Source of the DNA: Pseudomonadota bacterium
Lineage (GTDB): Bacteria; Bdellovibrionota_B; Oligoflexia; Silvanigrellales; Silvanigrellaceae
DNA length: 64,000 nucleotides
Direction: 5' to 3'
Assembly (NCBI GenBank): GCA_039799905.1
Contig: JBDLRP010000006.1
Span: forward strand, 9,765-73,764
Positions within the stretch are counted from its first letter, which is position 1, and each line of letters opens with the position of its first letter. The notes beneath the pieces were generated by a model. That model saw only the letters and a program-made list of their open reading frames with translations, was not told the DNA's origin and made no database searches. The position numbers were made by a program, and so were the translations under genes. This document shows positions 1 through 9,730 of this stretch, in pieces.

Positions 1-473
1 GTGACTGACGCCTCCTCTTGGCAGAGGACTCGATATTTCAAGTCGGAGCGGCCAAGCTGTTCCCATTCCTCGAGTCGGCGAATCAGCGAATGAGAATCCT
101 CTCGGTGATTCACGAACAGACCGCGCACATCCGTTAATTCAATCATCTCTGCCCAGCGAAAACCGACGGCTTCGGGCTGCCAAACCAACCAACCGGTTTT
201 TAATAATTCACAGCCGCTTGTCTGCCGCACGTGACCGCGCATTTCATTTGCGACCAAGACACACCACAATCGGATGTTTTCTTCCGGCATTGTGTATCGG
301 GAGTCTGTCTGGCAACCGCAGCGGCCAGACGACCGCCTCCCTGCGCCAAAGACACGCTCGATGTTGCGCAGACGAAGGAGTCGGATCATTGACAGGCTTA
401 GAACGCGCTGTGCCCAGTCAACATGACCATGTGTGGCCGTACTGTCGGGCGTCACGAGATTGTCTGACGACAC
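1..473 (-). CDS. Hypothetical protein, partial (runs off the left edge)
   Basis: Translated by hand: GTG at 473 after AAGGGGAAAGAA, open for about 157 codons to position 1 (VSSDNLVTPDST...RVLCQEEASV). Not in the ORF track because its stop is outside the window. Confidence 0.55.
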   Translation of the reverse strand, partial: MSSDNLVTPDSTATHGHVDWAQRVLSLSMIRLLRLRNIERVFGAGRRSSGRCGCQTDSRYTMPEENIRLWCVLVANEMRGHVRQTSGCELLKTGWLVWQPEAVGFRWAEMIELTDVRGLFVNHREDSHSLIRRLEEWEQLGRSDLKYRVLCQEEASV

Positions 474-561
474 TTCTTTCCCCTTTGCGTCCGTGAATAG
501 GCGGTAGTCTGACTTTGAAGCGATTCGATTGAGCCGTTCTTTCATTTTGCAGGAGTCAGGC

Positions 562-1038
562 GTGTTTTCAAAGAAGTCACAGTCTGAGATCACACCAAAC
601 CGTCAGCTCGAGGGAGCGCCAAAGCAAAGGTCTCGTGGTATATCGATGCTTGCGGACGGTTGCAGCTTTCAAGGTAAAATGTTCCTGCAAGGAGAATCGC
701 GCGTGGGTGGTCACGTCGATGGTTCAGTGATTTGTGACGGTGTACTGACCGTTGAGGAATCTGCTGTAATCAGCGGCGACCTGAATGGGGTTGTCGTACT
801 ATTCAATGGACGTATTGACGGTAATCTTAAAGCGACCGACCTGCTCCGACTGAGCCCGACGGCGCGAGTTTACGGCGACCTCGTAGCCAAGCGACTGATC
901 GTTGAAGACGGTGCCCGCATTGAGGGGCGTGTTTCCCAACTCACAGCGCACGAAAACAACCCCGAAAGCTCCATAGATTCAGAGGAATCCATGGAAAAAC
1001 AAAATACTGATGATCCAACCATGCAGTTGGCCGTCTGA
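562..1038 (+). CDS. Bactofilin (polymer-forming cytoskeletal protein, CcmA family)
   Basis: Beta-helix repeats such as FQGKMFLQGESRVGGHVDGSV and VYGDLVAKRLIVEDGARIEG. GTG start at 562 after AGGAG. Confidence 0.9.
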   Translation: MFSKKSQSEITPNRQLEGAPKQRSRGISMLADGCSFQGKMFLQGESRVGGHVDGSVICDGVLTVEESAVISGDLNGVVVLFNGRIDGNLKATDLLRLSPTARVYGDLVAKRLIVEDGARIEGRVSQLTAHENNPESSIDSEESMEKQNTDDPTMQLAV

Positions 1039-1050
1039 TGAAGTTTTGAG

Positions 1051-1530
1051 GTGAACGTGACGTCATCATCTGCGGCAGACAAAAAAAGGACGATCAAGGA
1101 AATTTACCGGAATTCCAGCGAGCGCATTTCTCTCGCACTAAAACTTTTTGGGCAACCCAAACAAGATGAGCCGCTGGTATTGCAGGCGGAGCGGGACTTC
1201 GAAACTATTTCTAGCCTGCTCGTCAATGTGGTCAATGCACAGCAGCAAGAAGACGCGAACGATTACAAATCCGCTATTATGGATGTCGGGTCTTGGCTTG
1301 TTGGCGTATATACCAAAGTCTATCTCGACAGCCACAAAACTCATCAACCGAACTGTCTTTATGTGGTCAAGCGGGGACTTGAAGTCCTGCACCTGATGCT
1401 TCACCGTGACCTTCGGCGCCGCCAGTTGTCACCGACAGAGAGTCAGGTTTTTCATGAGTTCAAGAAGCTCATTTCGACAATGCCCAAGCCGGCTGCGTCA
1501 AATTCCAACGGCTTCACGAAAGCGATGTGA
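1051..1530 (+). CDS. Hypothetical helical protein
   Basis: 159-aa ORF 12 bp after bactofilin on the same strand. No recognisable motif. Confidence 0.7.
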   Translation: MNVTSSSAADKKRTIKEIYRNSSERISLALKLFGQPKQDEPLVLQAERDFETISSLLVNVVNAQQQEDANDYKSAIMDVGSWLVGVYTKVYLDSHKTHQPNCLYVVKRGLEVLHLMLHRDLRRRQLSPTESQVFHEFKKLISTMPKPAASNSNGFTKAM

Positions 1531-1535
1531 CGCGT

Positions 1536-1877
1536 TTACCAATAGTCGGCGGTCAACACCAAATCCCCCTGCGCCCTGCATAGACACGTCAGTCGCAAAT
1601 CATCCGCAAGGCCTTGACGCTGGATTGTCTGGCTCTCGAATTCGGTTTTGCCGGTGATAGAACCCGCATGCGGTGAAACAGCCCGCACGGCACATTTTCC
1701 GCAAACCCCAACCCCCGAACACGAAGCTCCGACCGGCACGCCATATCTTCTGAGCAGCACCCAGAGATTCACACCGCGGCGCGCACTGATGGTTTTGAAG
1801 ATCTCGCCGCTTTTTTTTCGCAGCTCGATTGTAATCTTGTCTGCGGATGAAGCAGCCTGACTGAAAACGCGGGTCAT
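1536..1877 (-). CDS. 2Fe-2S ferredoxin-type domain protein
   Basis: CSGVGVCGKC...RLTCLC cysteine pattern. ATG at 1877 after GAGGTG. Confidence 0.85.
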   Translation of the reverse strand: MTRVFSQAASSADKITIELRKKSGEIFKTISARRGVNLWVLLRRYGVPVGASCSGVGVCGKCAVRAVSPHAGSITGKTEFESQTIQRQGLADDLRLTCLCRAQGDLVLTADYW

Positions 1878-1904
1878 GGACACCTCGGACTCATTCTTCG
1901 ACCA

Positions 1905-2684
1905 TCATTTACGAAATTGAGGTTTACGTTTCTCGGTGAAGGCGGTCAGTCCCTCGCGTGATTCGGCCGACTCAAAGCGCTGGGCAAAAGCGCGCGCTTC
2001 AATCTCAAAGCCAAGTTCACCGGTACTTTGAGCAGCAACCCGTGCGCAATGCTTTGCGGCGCGGACGGACTGTGGACCCTGTGATGCAATTGCGCGAGCA
2101 ACGGATTCAACACAAGCCGCCAATTCCTCACGCACAACAACACGATTCAACAAACCCAAATTGAACGCCGTCTGAGCGTCATATCGTTCAGCAGAGGTCA
2201 TCCATTCCAGAGCGCGAGCATAGCCCAGCCTGTGAACCAGCCGCTGAGTTCCGCCAAAACCCGGGATAAGCCCCAAGCCGACTTCGGGCAAACCAAATTT
2301 CGCATTCTGTGATGAAATCATGAAGTCGGCCGCAAGGGCGAGTTCGAGTCCTCCGCCCAGTGCAAAGCCCTGTACTTGCGCAACTACAACCTGCGGCAGG
2401 TTGTGCATAGCGTGAAAAACCTGCTGACCAAATCGGGAAAATTCATACGCCTGTGAGCTCTTGAAGTTGAGCATTTCCTTGATGTCAGCACCGGCCACGA
2501 AAGCTTTATCGCCAGCTGTCCTGAGAATAATCACGCTCAAGTCTTCACGAACGGAAAACTCCTGAACAGCTTTAAACAACTCACTCAGAACTTCCGGATT
2601 CAACGCGTTCAAGGCATCTGGTCGGGAAATCTCGAGACAGCCGATGCCCGTTTCAAAGTCTGAGACCTTAACAAATTGCGCCAT
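1905..2684 (-). CDS. Enoyl-CoA hydratase/crotonase family protein
   Basis: AFVAGADIKEM, GFALGGGLELALAADF and FGLPEVGLGLIPGFGGTQRL. Confidence 0.95.
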   Translation of the reverse strand: MAQFVKVSDFETGIGCLEISRPDALNALNPEVLSELFKAVQEFSVREDLSVIILRTAGDKAFVAGADIKEMLNFKSSQAYEFSRFGQQVFHAMHNLPQVVVAQVQGFALGGGLELALAADFMISSQNAKFGLPEVGLGLIPGFGGTQRLVHRLGYARALEWMTSAERYDAQTAFNLGLLNRVVVREELAACVESVARAIASQGPQSVRAAKHCARVAAQSTGELGFEIEARAFAQRFESAESREGLTAFTEKRKPQFRK

Positions 2685-2728
2685 CGCTTTCCCCTGTTTG
2701 TACATTGGTAAAAATTGTTTTTAACAGC

Positions 2729-3502
2729 CTAATCCCAACCTGGCAAAGTGAACGATTTAAAAGTGACGCCATCAGCAGTCGTTTTTGATCGCGTTTTCCG
2801 GCGCCCATGGGTAGCATGGAATTCCATCAAAACCTTTTGCGAAAGTCCGCTTCTGCTGTCGCGTAAAACAACGAACGAGCGAACGACTCCTTTTTTGGGA
2901 GCGATCCACCAGCCCCGTCGAAAGTGATCAACCTCGATTTTGATCTCTGCAGGTGTACCCGCCGTGACATCCGAATAATGAACGGAGCTCAAAAAATAGC
3001 GATCCGAGTGGATGACCTGACGGAGGTGCGCGTCGGCCTGACGGACAAGCATCCATTGACTGCAGTATTGGCTCTGTTGGACTCCGTCCTTCCTGAGCGA
3101 AATGGGGTACCATTGCCAGTCGACTTCGATATTTTGTGCTTCAGCCCATGTTTTTAGCCTTGACTGTTTTCGTTTTTCCATCGCTTTGAAAAACACATTG
3201 TGTTGGTCCACACGCTCTGCGCGGAATAGTCCATACATGCACTGGTCGCCACGTTTTGTGGTCTGCTTGAGCAGCCAGAGTTCACCGCGGTGAATGGTTG
3301 TTTGCAATTCTTGAAATTCACTTCGATTGACCATCACCAATGACTTTTTTCGCCACGAAATCTTCTCGCGCTTTTTGACGATATGCTCCTGAACTTCGGT
3401 TTGAGTTGCCGGCGACTGCGAGCTCCGGCTGCGCCATAACCGGCTTACAGCAAAAATAATCAGCAACGCTGCGGACAAAATCAAAAATAGTCGCACAAAC
3501 AT
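2729..3502 (-). CDS. Hypothetical basic protein with N-terminal membrane anchor
   Basis: 257-aa ORF with hydrophobic N-terminus LFLILSAALLIIFAV. Confidence 0.65.
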   Translation of the reverse strand: MFVRLFLILSAALLIIFAVSRLWRSRSSQSPATQTEVQEHIVKKREKISWRKKSLVMVNRSEFQELQTTIHRGELWLLKQTTKRGDQCMYGLFRAERVDQHNVFFKAMEKRKQSRLKTWAEAQNIEVDWQWYPISLRKDGVQQSQYCSQWMLVRQADAHLRQVIHSDRYFLSSVHYSDVTAGTPAEIKIEVDHFRRGWWIAPKKGVVRSFVVLRDSRSGLSQKVLMEFHATHGRRKTRSKTTADGVTFKSFTLPGWD

Positions 3503-3536
3503 AAAAAAAGCCCCAGATACTATGCTCTGGGGCTTC
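3503..3536 (-). terminator. Intrinsic terminator downstream of 3587..4081
   Basis: Minus strand reads AAGCCCCAGA-GCATAGTA-TCTGGGGC-TTTTTTT. Confidence 0.85.
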
Positions 3537-3586
3537 TCATAGTTCAGGACAATCTCAGCTCGGGCTGATCAACAATTTCCGATCCG

Positions 3587-4081
3587 TCAGGATGGATTAT
3601 TGTTCTTTTTCAAGTACGTCCGACTCGGCAAAACACGGGGGTTTTCGCCTGTCGTTGCGCTTGTCAACGACGCATAGCTGGCTCCAAGATTTGCTTGGTT
3701 CTGCCCAGCGGAAATCAAGGAACTCTTGTTAATGCCGACTGCGGATCCTGTTTGGACCTGCGACTGCGGGTTCGAATCCTCGAACCGATTCACACCCGAG
3801 AGCGGAATTCTACCACCCGCAGACTGAAGTCCAACACGTGAACTCTCGCGCAATTGCGCAACCCGCCTCAGGCGAGAGAGCAGACGTTCTCCCGAATCAA
3901 CAGATGCAACGAGCTTGTCCAGACCCGAAGCAACCTCGCGCTGATCGTTAACCGACGCTGAAGTCATCAGACGGCAGAGTTGACGGTGATCTTCAAACCA
4001 GTTTTCGAGATCTTTTACCAAATCATCGTTGTCTTGCGTGGCGCCCGACGGCGACACGTATACGACCTGTATGCCTCGCAC
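3587..4081 (-). CDS. Hypothetical protein (helical N-half, low-complexity C-half), probably sigma28-driven
   Basis: GTG start after a strong AAGGAGGTGA RBS. Has its own terminator and two upstream sigma28-like promoters. Confidence 0.75.
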   Translation of the reverse strand: MRGIQVVYVSPSGATQDNDDLVKDLENWFEDHRQLCRLMTSASVNDQREVASGLDKLVASVDSGERLLSRLRRVAQLRESSRVGLQSAGGRIPLSGVNRFEDSNPQSQVQTGSAVGINKSSLISAGQNQANLGASYASLTSATTGENPRVLPSRTYLKKNNNPS

Positions 4082-4117
4082 AGCTCACCTCCTTTCGCTC
4101 ACAAACGAAGCGCATGA

Positions 4118-4144
4118 CCTTCGGCAGTTTGTCCCAAGACTTTA
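4118..4144 (-). promoter_or_regulatory. sigma28 (FliA)-like promoter, proximal
   Basis: TAAAG-N14-GCCGAAGG versus consensus TAAAG-N14-GCCGATAA. Confidence 0.6.
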
Positions 4145-4181
4145 CTGCAAATCGAAGAGCGCTCCCTACCTCCTATTTGCC

Positions 4182-4208
4182 TCTTCGGCAGGGATTCTGA
4201 CAGCTTGA
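4182..4208 (-). promoter_or_regulatory. sigma28 (FliA)-like promoter, distal
   Basis: TCAAG-N14-GCCGAAGA. Confidence 0.55.
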
Positions 4209-4223
4209 ACACTTTTGCAAAAA

Positions 4224-5018
4224 CTAAAGACGAAATTGGATGGGCTGAGAAATAGCAGTATTTCTGAGGATATACCGAGAAGCCAAAACCAGCTGATCGT
4301 GTTCGACGGAAGTCCGACAGAGAACAGTCACGCGGTCGTTGAGACTTTCCTCGACAAGCCAAACCAAAATCTCCCGCAGGATCAGCTCCATACGATCACT
4401 CGGCCGCAAGCGCAAATAGTCTCGAAGCCGAACGAAGTTGCCATGCGAGAGACGCCAGCGGGCGAGCGCAGAAAAGAACGCTTCGAGCATTTCGGTGTCA
4501 GGCGCAAGAACTACCGTGGATGCACGCAGGTTTAGAACACGGCGAAACATCTCCCGTAAAACGACAGCTATCGCATCCGAGACACCCTGCGTTTCGGCGA
4601 TTTCACGCGAGCACCAAGGTTGTACAAGCGATGGCCCGTCGGCAGATGAAAAGTGAGGATGCACCCCCGAAAGAATCCATCTGCGGATTGAACGAACATC
4701 AATTGATTCAGACCTTCTGCGGAGTATTTGCCGCATGCGGCCGCCCGCCTCCGAGAATTCGGCCGCGCCGAGGAAGATTGGTTCTGATGAAAAGGGTAGA
4801 AGTGCTTCGCGCGAGACTGCACGCATCAACGTGTCCTTCAGAAAGACCGGTGATACTGCTAGTTCCGTGCTTGCTTTGCTGGATAGAACCGCTTGCGGCA
4901 CAGCAGCAAAGAATCCCAAGCCCAAAACGGAGTCGGGCAAGTCGCCGTCACGCGAAAGCTCGTTTAAAAACATGTTCAAACGATGTTCAGATTTAAACAG
5001 GTACAGTTCCCTTTGCAC
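4224..5018 (-). CDS. Hypothetical protein
   Basis: 264-aa ORF just downstream of nusB on the same strand. GTG start with purine-rich upstream sequence. Confidence 0.65.
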   Translation of the reverse strand: MQRELYLFKSEHRLNMFLNELSRDGDLPDSVLGLGFFAAVPQAVLSSKASTELAVSPVFLKDTLMRAVSREALLPFSSEPIFLGAAEFSEAGGRMRQILRRRSESIDVRSIRRWILSGVHPHFSSADGPSLVQPWCSREIAETQGVSDAIAVVLREMFRRVLNLRASTVVLAPDTEMLEAFFSALARWRLSHGNFVRLRDYLRLRPSDRMELILREILVWLVEESLNDRVTVLCRTSVEHDQLVLASRYILRNTAISQPIQFRL

Positions 5019-5062
5019 CTTTTCATCCTTCCATGAACTATTCTAACGGCCGGAGCTGTGGC

Positions 5063-5524
5063 CTATTTTCTCTGGCTCTGGGCCGACTTTGCAACGCTGT
5101 CGAGAACGCCGTTTATAAAGCTGCCCGAGGCCGATGAGCCAAACTGTTTGCCAAGTTCGACTCCCTCGGAAATGATAACATCTTTGGGAACTTCAGATCG
5201 TGTCATCAATTCTGCAGTGCAAATTCTGAGGATTGCGAGGTCGACCCGAGCGATGCGCGAGAGCTTCCAGTTCGAGGCCGACGATTCGATGCGGGCGTCA
5301 ACAGCCTCACGCTGTTCATTGAACGTCTGCACCGCCAGTCGGACGAATGGATGCAGTTGTTCATCAACCTCATTTTGCTGAAAAAAAGTCTGCATAACAG
5401 ACTCCGGCAGAAACGTTTGCTGGGCCGCTTCCAGTTGATACACAAGTAGGACAGCAAATCTGCGCGCATCACGTAGTTGATTGGGCTTGAGCGCCGCCGC
5501 GGCGAAGCTCCATTGCGAGATCAT
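5063..5524 (-). CDS. nusB: Transcription antitermination factor NusB
   Basis: RDARRFAVLLVY, NWKLSRIARVDLAILR and FINGVLD. Overlaps the ribH stop. Confidence 0.95.
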   Translation of the reverse strand: MISQWSFAAAALKPNQLRDARRFAVLLVYQLEAAQQTFLPESVMQTFFQQNEVDEQLHPFVRLAVQTFNEQREAVDARIESSASNWKLSRIARVDLAILRICTAELMTRSEVPKDVIISEGVELGKQFGSSASGSFINGVLDSVAKSAQSQRK

Positions 5525-5988
5525 TCGTTGCCTCCGGAACGGCTCAAGAGAGCGCGAGTTTCAATCATTTCTAGAACAGTCTCGGCTGTTTCAGCTCCCT
5601 TGTTGCCGGTTTTTCCACCCGCGCGATCCAATGCCTGCTCCAGCGTCTCGCAGGTCAGGATTCCAAATCCGACCGGCGCCGAACGGGCCAGCTGAAGGTT
5701 CATTAATCCGCTCGAGCATGTCGAACAAACATAATCATAATGGCTTGTTGAACCACGAATGACGGCTCCAAGAACAATCACACCGTCCACCTTCTGTGCA
5801 TCGAAAAGCCATTGGGCAGCCAACGGAGACTCAAATGCACCCGGCACTTCGATTTCGACGATTTGCTCGCTCTTGATGCCCCTACGCTTGAGCAACGAGT
5901 GAGCACCTTCTGCCAGTCTCCGCGTCACCAACTCATTGAAACGACAGATAACCATGCCGATTTTGATAGGTTTTTGGCGAACTGACAT
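5521..5988 (-). CDS. ribH: 6,7-dimethyl-8-ribityllumazine synthase
   Basis: RFNELVT, VPGAFESP, LGAVIRGSTSHYDYV and GNKGAE. Confidence 0.97.
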   Translation of the reverse strand: MSVRQKPIKIGMVICRFNELVTRRLAEGAHSLLKRRGIKSEQIVEIEVPGAFESPLAAQWLFDAQKVDGVIVLGAVIRGSTSHYDYVCSTCSSGLMNLQLARSAPVGFGILTCETLEQALDRAGGKTGNKGAETAETVLEMIETRALLSRSGGNE

Positions 5989-6053
5989 AAACCACCCCAA
6001 ACGAAAATTACACGACCGTCCCCCACCGTGGGGAGAGCGGGCTTACTCCAAAT

Positions 6054-7196
6054 TTACGACTCGAGTAAATGGCGGGCGATGATCATTCGCTGGATTTGCG
6101 AGGTGCCCTCGTAGATTTGGAAAATTTTCGCGTCACGCATCAACATTTCTACAGGATATTCACGGTTGTAGCCGTATCCGCCGAAAATCTGGACGGCATC
6201 CGTCGTGATCCGCATGCACGAATCTGCCGCAAGCAATTTCGCGATTGACGCTGTGTACGTGTTTCGCTGGCCGCCATCGACTTCGTTTGCCGATTTCCAA
6301 ACAAGCAGCCGGCTGGCTTCGATATCCCGCGCCATTTCAGCAATGATGAATTGCACCGCCTGATGTTCTGCAATCGGCTTACCAAAGGTTGAACGGTGTT
6401 TGGCGTAATCGATGGCACATTTCATTGCGCGCTCGGCAAGCCCAACAGCACCGCTGGCAACCACCGGGCGAGTTCTGTCGAAGGCGCCCATCGCAAGCCG
6501 AAAACCGTCACCCTCTTTTCCAAGCATGTACTTGGCAGGGATTTCGACGTTTTCAAAGGTCACACCGCGTGTGTCGGAGCAACGCTGCCCCATATTGTCT
6601 TCTTTCTTTCCGACAATCACTCCAGGAGTGTTTGCAGGCACAACAAATCCGGTCATGCCCTTATGTCCAGCCGCGGGATCGGTTTTCGCAAGAACAAAAA
6701 ACCACTTGGCATAGCCGGCGTTGGTAATCCACATTTTGGAACCGTTGATGACGTACTTATCGCCAATCTTTTTTGCGGTTGTTTTGATGCTGGCGACATC
6801 AGATCCAGCTCCCGGCTCTGTCACGCAGTAGGCAGCCATGTGAGGCTCATCAACCATGGGAGCCAAAAACTCTTTCCAGATTGTTTCGTTTCCGCCGAGA
6901 ATGACAGGCACTCCGGCCAATTCGTTAGCGAGCGCCGCAGTGCAAAAGCCGGCACTGCCAGTTGCAAGTGCCTCACCGATCAGCGAATGGCCGAAAACCC
7001 CGAGTCCGAGACCACCCACAGATTCAGGAACGAATGCATTGAGCAAGCCAAGCGAATGTGCCTTTGCGAGAAGGTCTGTAGGAAATCGAGCAGTTTCGTC
7101 GAGCTCACGTGCCTTGGGCCAGACTTCCTTGTTTGCAAAGTCGTGAGCGAGGTCAAAAAGTGCCTGAAATTCGTCACTGAGTTTAAACATAGACAT
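6054..7196 (-). CDS. Acyl-CoA dehydrogenase, MCAD (ACADM)-like
   Basis: [25 protein letters not shown] and [12 protein letters not shown]. Confidence 0.95.
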   Translation of the reverse strand: MSMFKLSDEFQALFDLAHDFANKEVWPKARELDETARFPTDLLAKAHSLGLLNAFVPESVGGLGLGVFGHSLIGEALATGSAGFCTAALANELAGVPVILGGNETIWKEFLAPMVDEPHMAAYCVTEPGAGSDVASIKTTAKKIGDKYVINGSKMWITNAGYAKWFFVLAKTDPAAGHKGMTGFVVPANTPGVIVGKKEDNMGQRCSDTRGVTFENVEIPAKYMLGKEGDGFRLAMGAFDRTRPVVASGAVGLAERAMKCAIDYAKHRSTFGKPIAEHQAVQFIIAEMARDIEASRLLVWKSANEVDGGQRNTYTASIAKLLAADSCMRITTDAVQIFGGYGYNREYPVEMLMRDAKIFQIYEGTSQIQRMIIARHLLES

Positions 7197-7272
7197 AAAA
7201 TGAACCCCCCGGTGTTACCTCAGCAGTCTATCACCGGCCTCCAACGGACGCCTCGCATCATCTCCAAAGGTT

Positions 7273-7287
7273 TGGCACGTCAATAGC
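7273..7287 (+). promoter_or_regulatory. Putative sigma54 -24/-12 promoter
   Basis: TGGCACGTCAATAGC has GG-N10-GC spacing and a perfect TGGCACG. It lies about 100 bp upstream of 7384. Confidence 0.45.
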
Positions 7288-7383
7288 GCCACGCATCCGT
7301 CAATATGATTTGCTGTACAGTCAGTCTGCAGTGCTAAAATCAAAGCACATTAATTTGCTTTCAGGCGGGAGGTTAAGTCACCA

Positions 7384-9144
7384 ATGGGTGCTGGCAAATC
7401 TAGCTTTATGAAAAGTGTGTTCAACGGAACCATTCCTGAATCACAGCTGCATCATTTTCCATTTTTCAACACAAACCGCGAAGAAGAATTTCGCCTCGTC
7501 TCGCAGTCGATCGGCGACTGGCTGAAAGACAACGTTGATCCCATGAAGCTTGACGACGAGAAGAAACTTTCGCCGGAAATTCTTCAGGGCCTGCGCGAAA
7601 TGGGTCTGTTTGGACTCATCATTCCAGAAATCCACGGCGGGTCTGAATTCACGCAGACACTCTATACGCGCACCCTTGAACTCATGAACAAGCACGAAAG
7701 CTGTGTGACTCTGACGGTGGGCGCGCACCAGTCGATTGGACTGAAGGGCCTCTACCTTTACGGCAACGAAGCACAAAAAAAGAAGTACATGCCAAGGCTG
7801 GCGACCGGCGAGATGATTGCCGCATTCGCGCTGACCGAACCTACCGCGGGTTCGGATGCCGCGGGTATCAAGGCGCGGCTGGTCAAAGATGGCGATCACT
7901 ACATCCTCAACGGTTCAAAGCTGTGGATTACCAACGGTGGCTTTGCCGATTTTTTCACGGTGTTTGCCAAGGAAAACGTTGACGGTGAAGACAAAATCAC
8001 CGCAATTATGGTGACCCGTGACATGGGTGGCGTGAGCCATGGTCCTGAGGAGCACAAACTCGGCATCAAGGCTTCGAGCACCGTCGAGGTTTACTTCAAA
8101 GATGTCAAAGTGCCTGCAGAAAACGTTCTTGGAAAACCGGGCGACGGCTTCAAGATTGCGATGGGAATTCTCAACCAAGGACGCCTCGGTTTGTCGGGAG
8201 GCGCACTCGGAACAATCAAGGCTGTAGTCGACCAGTCTGTGACCTATGCGAAAAACAGAAAAGCGTTTCAGCATGCCATCGCCGAGTTCGGCGTTATTCA
8301 AGACATGCTCAGCGAGATGATGTGTCACGCGTATGCCGTCGAATCGATGACCTATTTCACAACCGCGCTGGTTGATGCCGGTGACATCGATTATTCAATC
8401 GAGGCCGCAATCTGCAAAGTTTATGGAACAGAGGCTGCGTGGCGCGTGCTGAATCTTGGAATGCAAATTCACGGCGGCAACGGCTACATGAAGGATTACG
8501 GCCTCGAGCGCCGTTTGCGCGACAGCCGGATTGGAATCATCTTCGAAGGAACAAACGAAATTTTACGCATGTTCCTTGCGATGACAGGGCTCAAGGAACC
8601 CGCCAGCGAATTCAAACGCATCGGCAAAGAACTGCAAAGCCTGCAAAACATCCGCAACCTCGAGTCGCTCAACGATGCGATCGGAAAAATTGGTGTCATT
8701 TCGGAATTCGCCCTTAACCAAGTGCGGCAGTCGGTTGTCAGTGAAAAATTGGAAGGCTTTCATCCGTCACTGGAAAAGGAAGTCAGCCGGTTGTCTGACT
8801 CAGCCAAAGCTCTTGCGACGGCGGCAAACAAACTCATCCGCCAGTATGGGCAAAAGCTTGTCGACGAGCAGATCCAGCTCTGTCGTCTGGCGGATATCGC
8901 CATCGATACCTTTATGATTGCCGCTGTGTTGTGCCGTATCAACTCGGTGCTCGAAAAATGCGGCGGGCCGGAAAAGAATGCCACCGAACTTTCTGTGGCG
9001 CAGCTTATTGTCAGAAACGCAAAAGCCCGAATCAATCAGAACGTCTACAGTATTAAGGCCAATCGGGATGCCGAGGTCAAACAAATTGCTCAATATCTCT
9101 GCGAGGTTGAGCGCTATCCTTTTGAACTCAGCAAAATTTCATAA
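7384..9144 (+). CDS. Acyl-CoA dehydrogenase, VLCAD/ACAD9-like, with C-terminal helical extension
   Basis: GAHQSIGLKG, AFALTEPTAGSDAA, IFEGTNEILR and C-terminal EQIQLCRLADIAID. Confidence 0.93.
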   Translation: MGAGKSSFMKSVFNGTIPESQLHHFPFFNTNREEEFRLVSQSIGDWLKDNVDPMKLDDEKKLSPEILQGLREMGLFGLIIPEIHGGSEFTQTLYTRTLELMNKHESCVTLTVGAHQSIGLKGLYLYGNEAQKKKYMPRLATGEMIAAFALTEPTAGSDAAGIKARLVKDGDHYILNGSKLWITNGGFADFFTVFAKENVDGEDKITAIMVTRDMGGVSHGPEEHKLGIKASSTVEVYFKDVKVPAENVLGKPGDGFKIAMGILNQGRLGLSGGALGTIKAVVDQSVTYAKNRKAFQHAIAEFGVIQDMLSEMMCHAYAVESMTYFTTALVDAGDIDYSIEAAICKVYGTEAAWRVLNLGMQIHGGNGYMKDYGLERRLRDSRIGIIFEGTNEILRMFLAMTGLKEPASEFKRIGKELQSLQNIRNLESLNDAIGKIGVISEFALNQVRQSVVSEKLEGFHPSLEKEVSRLSDSAKALATAANKLIRQYGQKLVDEQIQLCRLADIAIDTFMIAAVLCRINSVLEKCGGPEKNATELSVAQLIVRNAKARINQNVYSIKANRDAEVKQIAQYLCEVERYPFELSKIS

Positions 9145-9186
9145 ACTGCGCCGCAAAACGGCGTTGGAATTCCGACTCGCCCGACC

Positions 9187-9213
9187 TCAGGTTTGACCGC
9201 GGACGTCCGAACC
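9187..9213 (+). promoter_or_regulatory. Possible sigma28-like promoter
   Basis: TCAGG-N14-TCCGAACC upstream of the ATG at 9241. Confidence 0.35.
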
Positions 9214-9240
9214 CACTCTCGCAGACAGGAGGTCTTGCGA

Positions 9241-9714
9241 ATGGGTTCGTTTCCAACATCGGGTTATGCCTGGATGGCCACCACCGGAGCTATTGTCTGC
9301 TTCGCTTTGGTATACTCCTCATTCATTGTTCGTAATTTCAGCATCAGGTCGGCCCGACATCCCGTACGTCGACTCGGCCGATCGATTTCAGCCATGAGCC
9401 GCGCAGGGCGCGGCAGCCGTGTGAGACGATTCGAATCCATTGCGCGCGGTGTTGTGAGCGATGTTGAAGATGCGCTTCAGCCACCCTTGTGCCACAGACA
9501 CGCTCGATCATTTCTGCCAATACTTTCTGATGTCCGCAGACGCGGCCAGCTGCTGCTGCAACAACAGACAAACGCACACCGTGTCGCATCTCCCGACAGA
9601 GAGCGGGACCTGACAAATCTGGTTATGCGACTCTTTACTCTGGAGGCACAGCTCAAAGCATTGCCAAAGCCGTCTGTCACAATCGAAGAAGTTTTATCTG
9701 GAAAGTTTGAGTAA
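9241..9714 (+). CDS. Hypothetical protein with one N-terminal TM segment
   Basis: ATG after CAGGAGG. Hydrophobic AIVCFALVYSSFIV followed by an Arg-rich helical region. Confidence 0.7.
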   Translation: MGSFPTSGYAWMATTGAIVCFALVYSSFIVRNFSIRSARHPVRRLGRSISAMSRAGRGSRVRRFESIARGVVSDVEDALQPPLCHRHARSFLPILSDVRRRGQLLLQQQTNAHRVASPDRERDLTNLVMRLFTLEAQLKALPKPSVTIEEVLSGKFE

Positions 9715-9730
9715 TAAGGAAGCCCGACGC

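Noticed and set aside
218..496. 92-aa plus-strand ORF
   Set aside because: It lies opposite a longer minus-strand frame with a better RBS and has no motifs.
6396..7286. 296-aa plus-strand ORF
   Set aside because: Antisense shadow of the acyl-CoA dehydrogenase.
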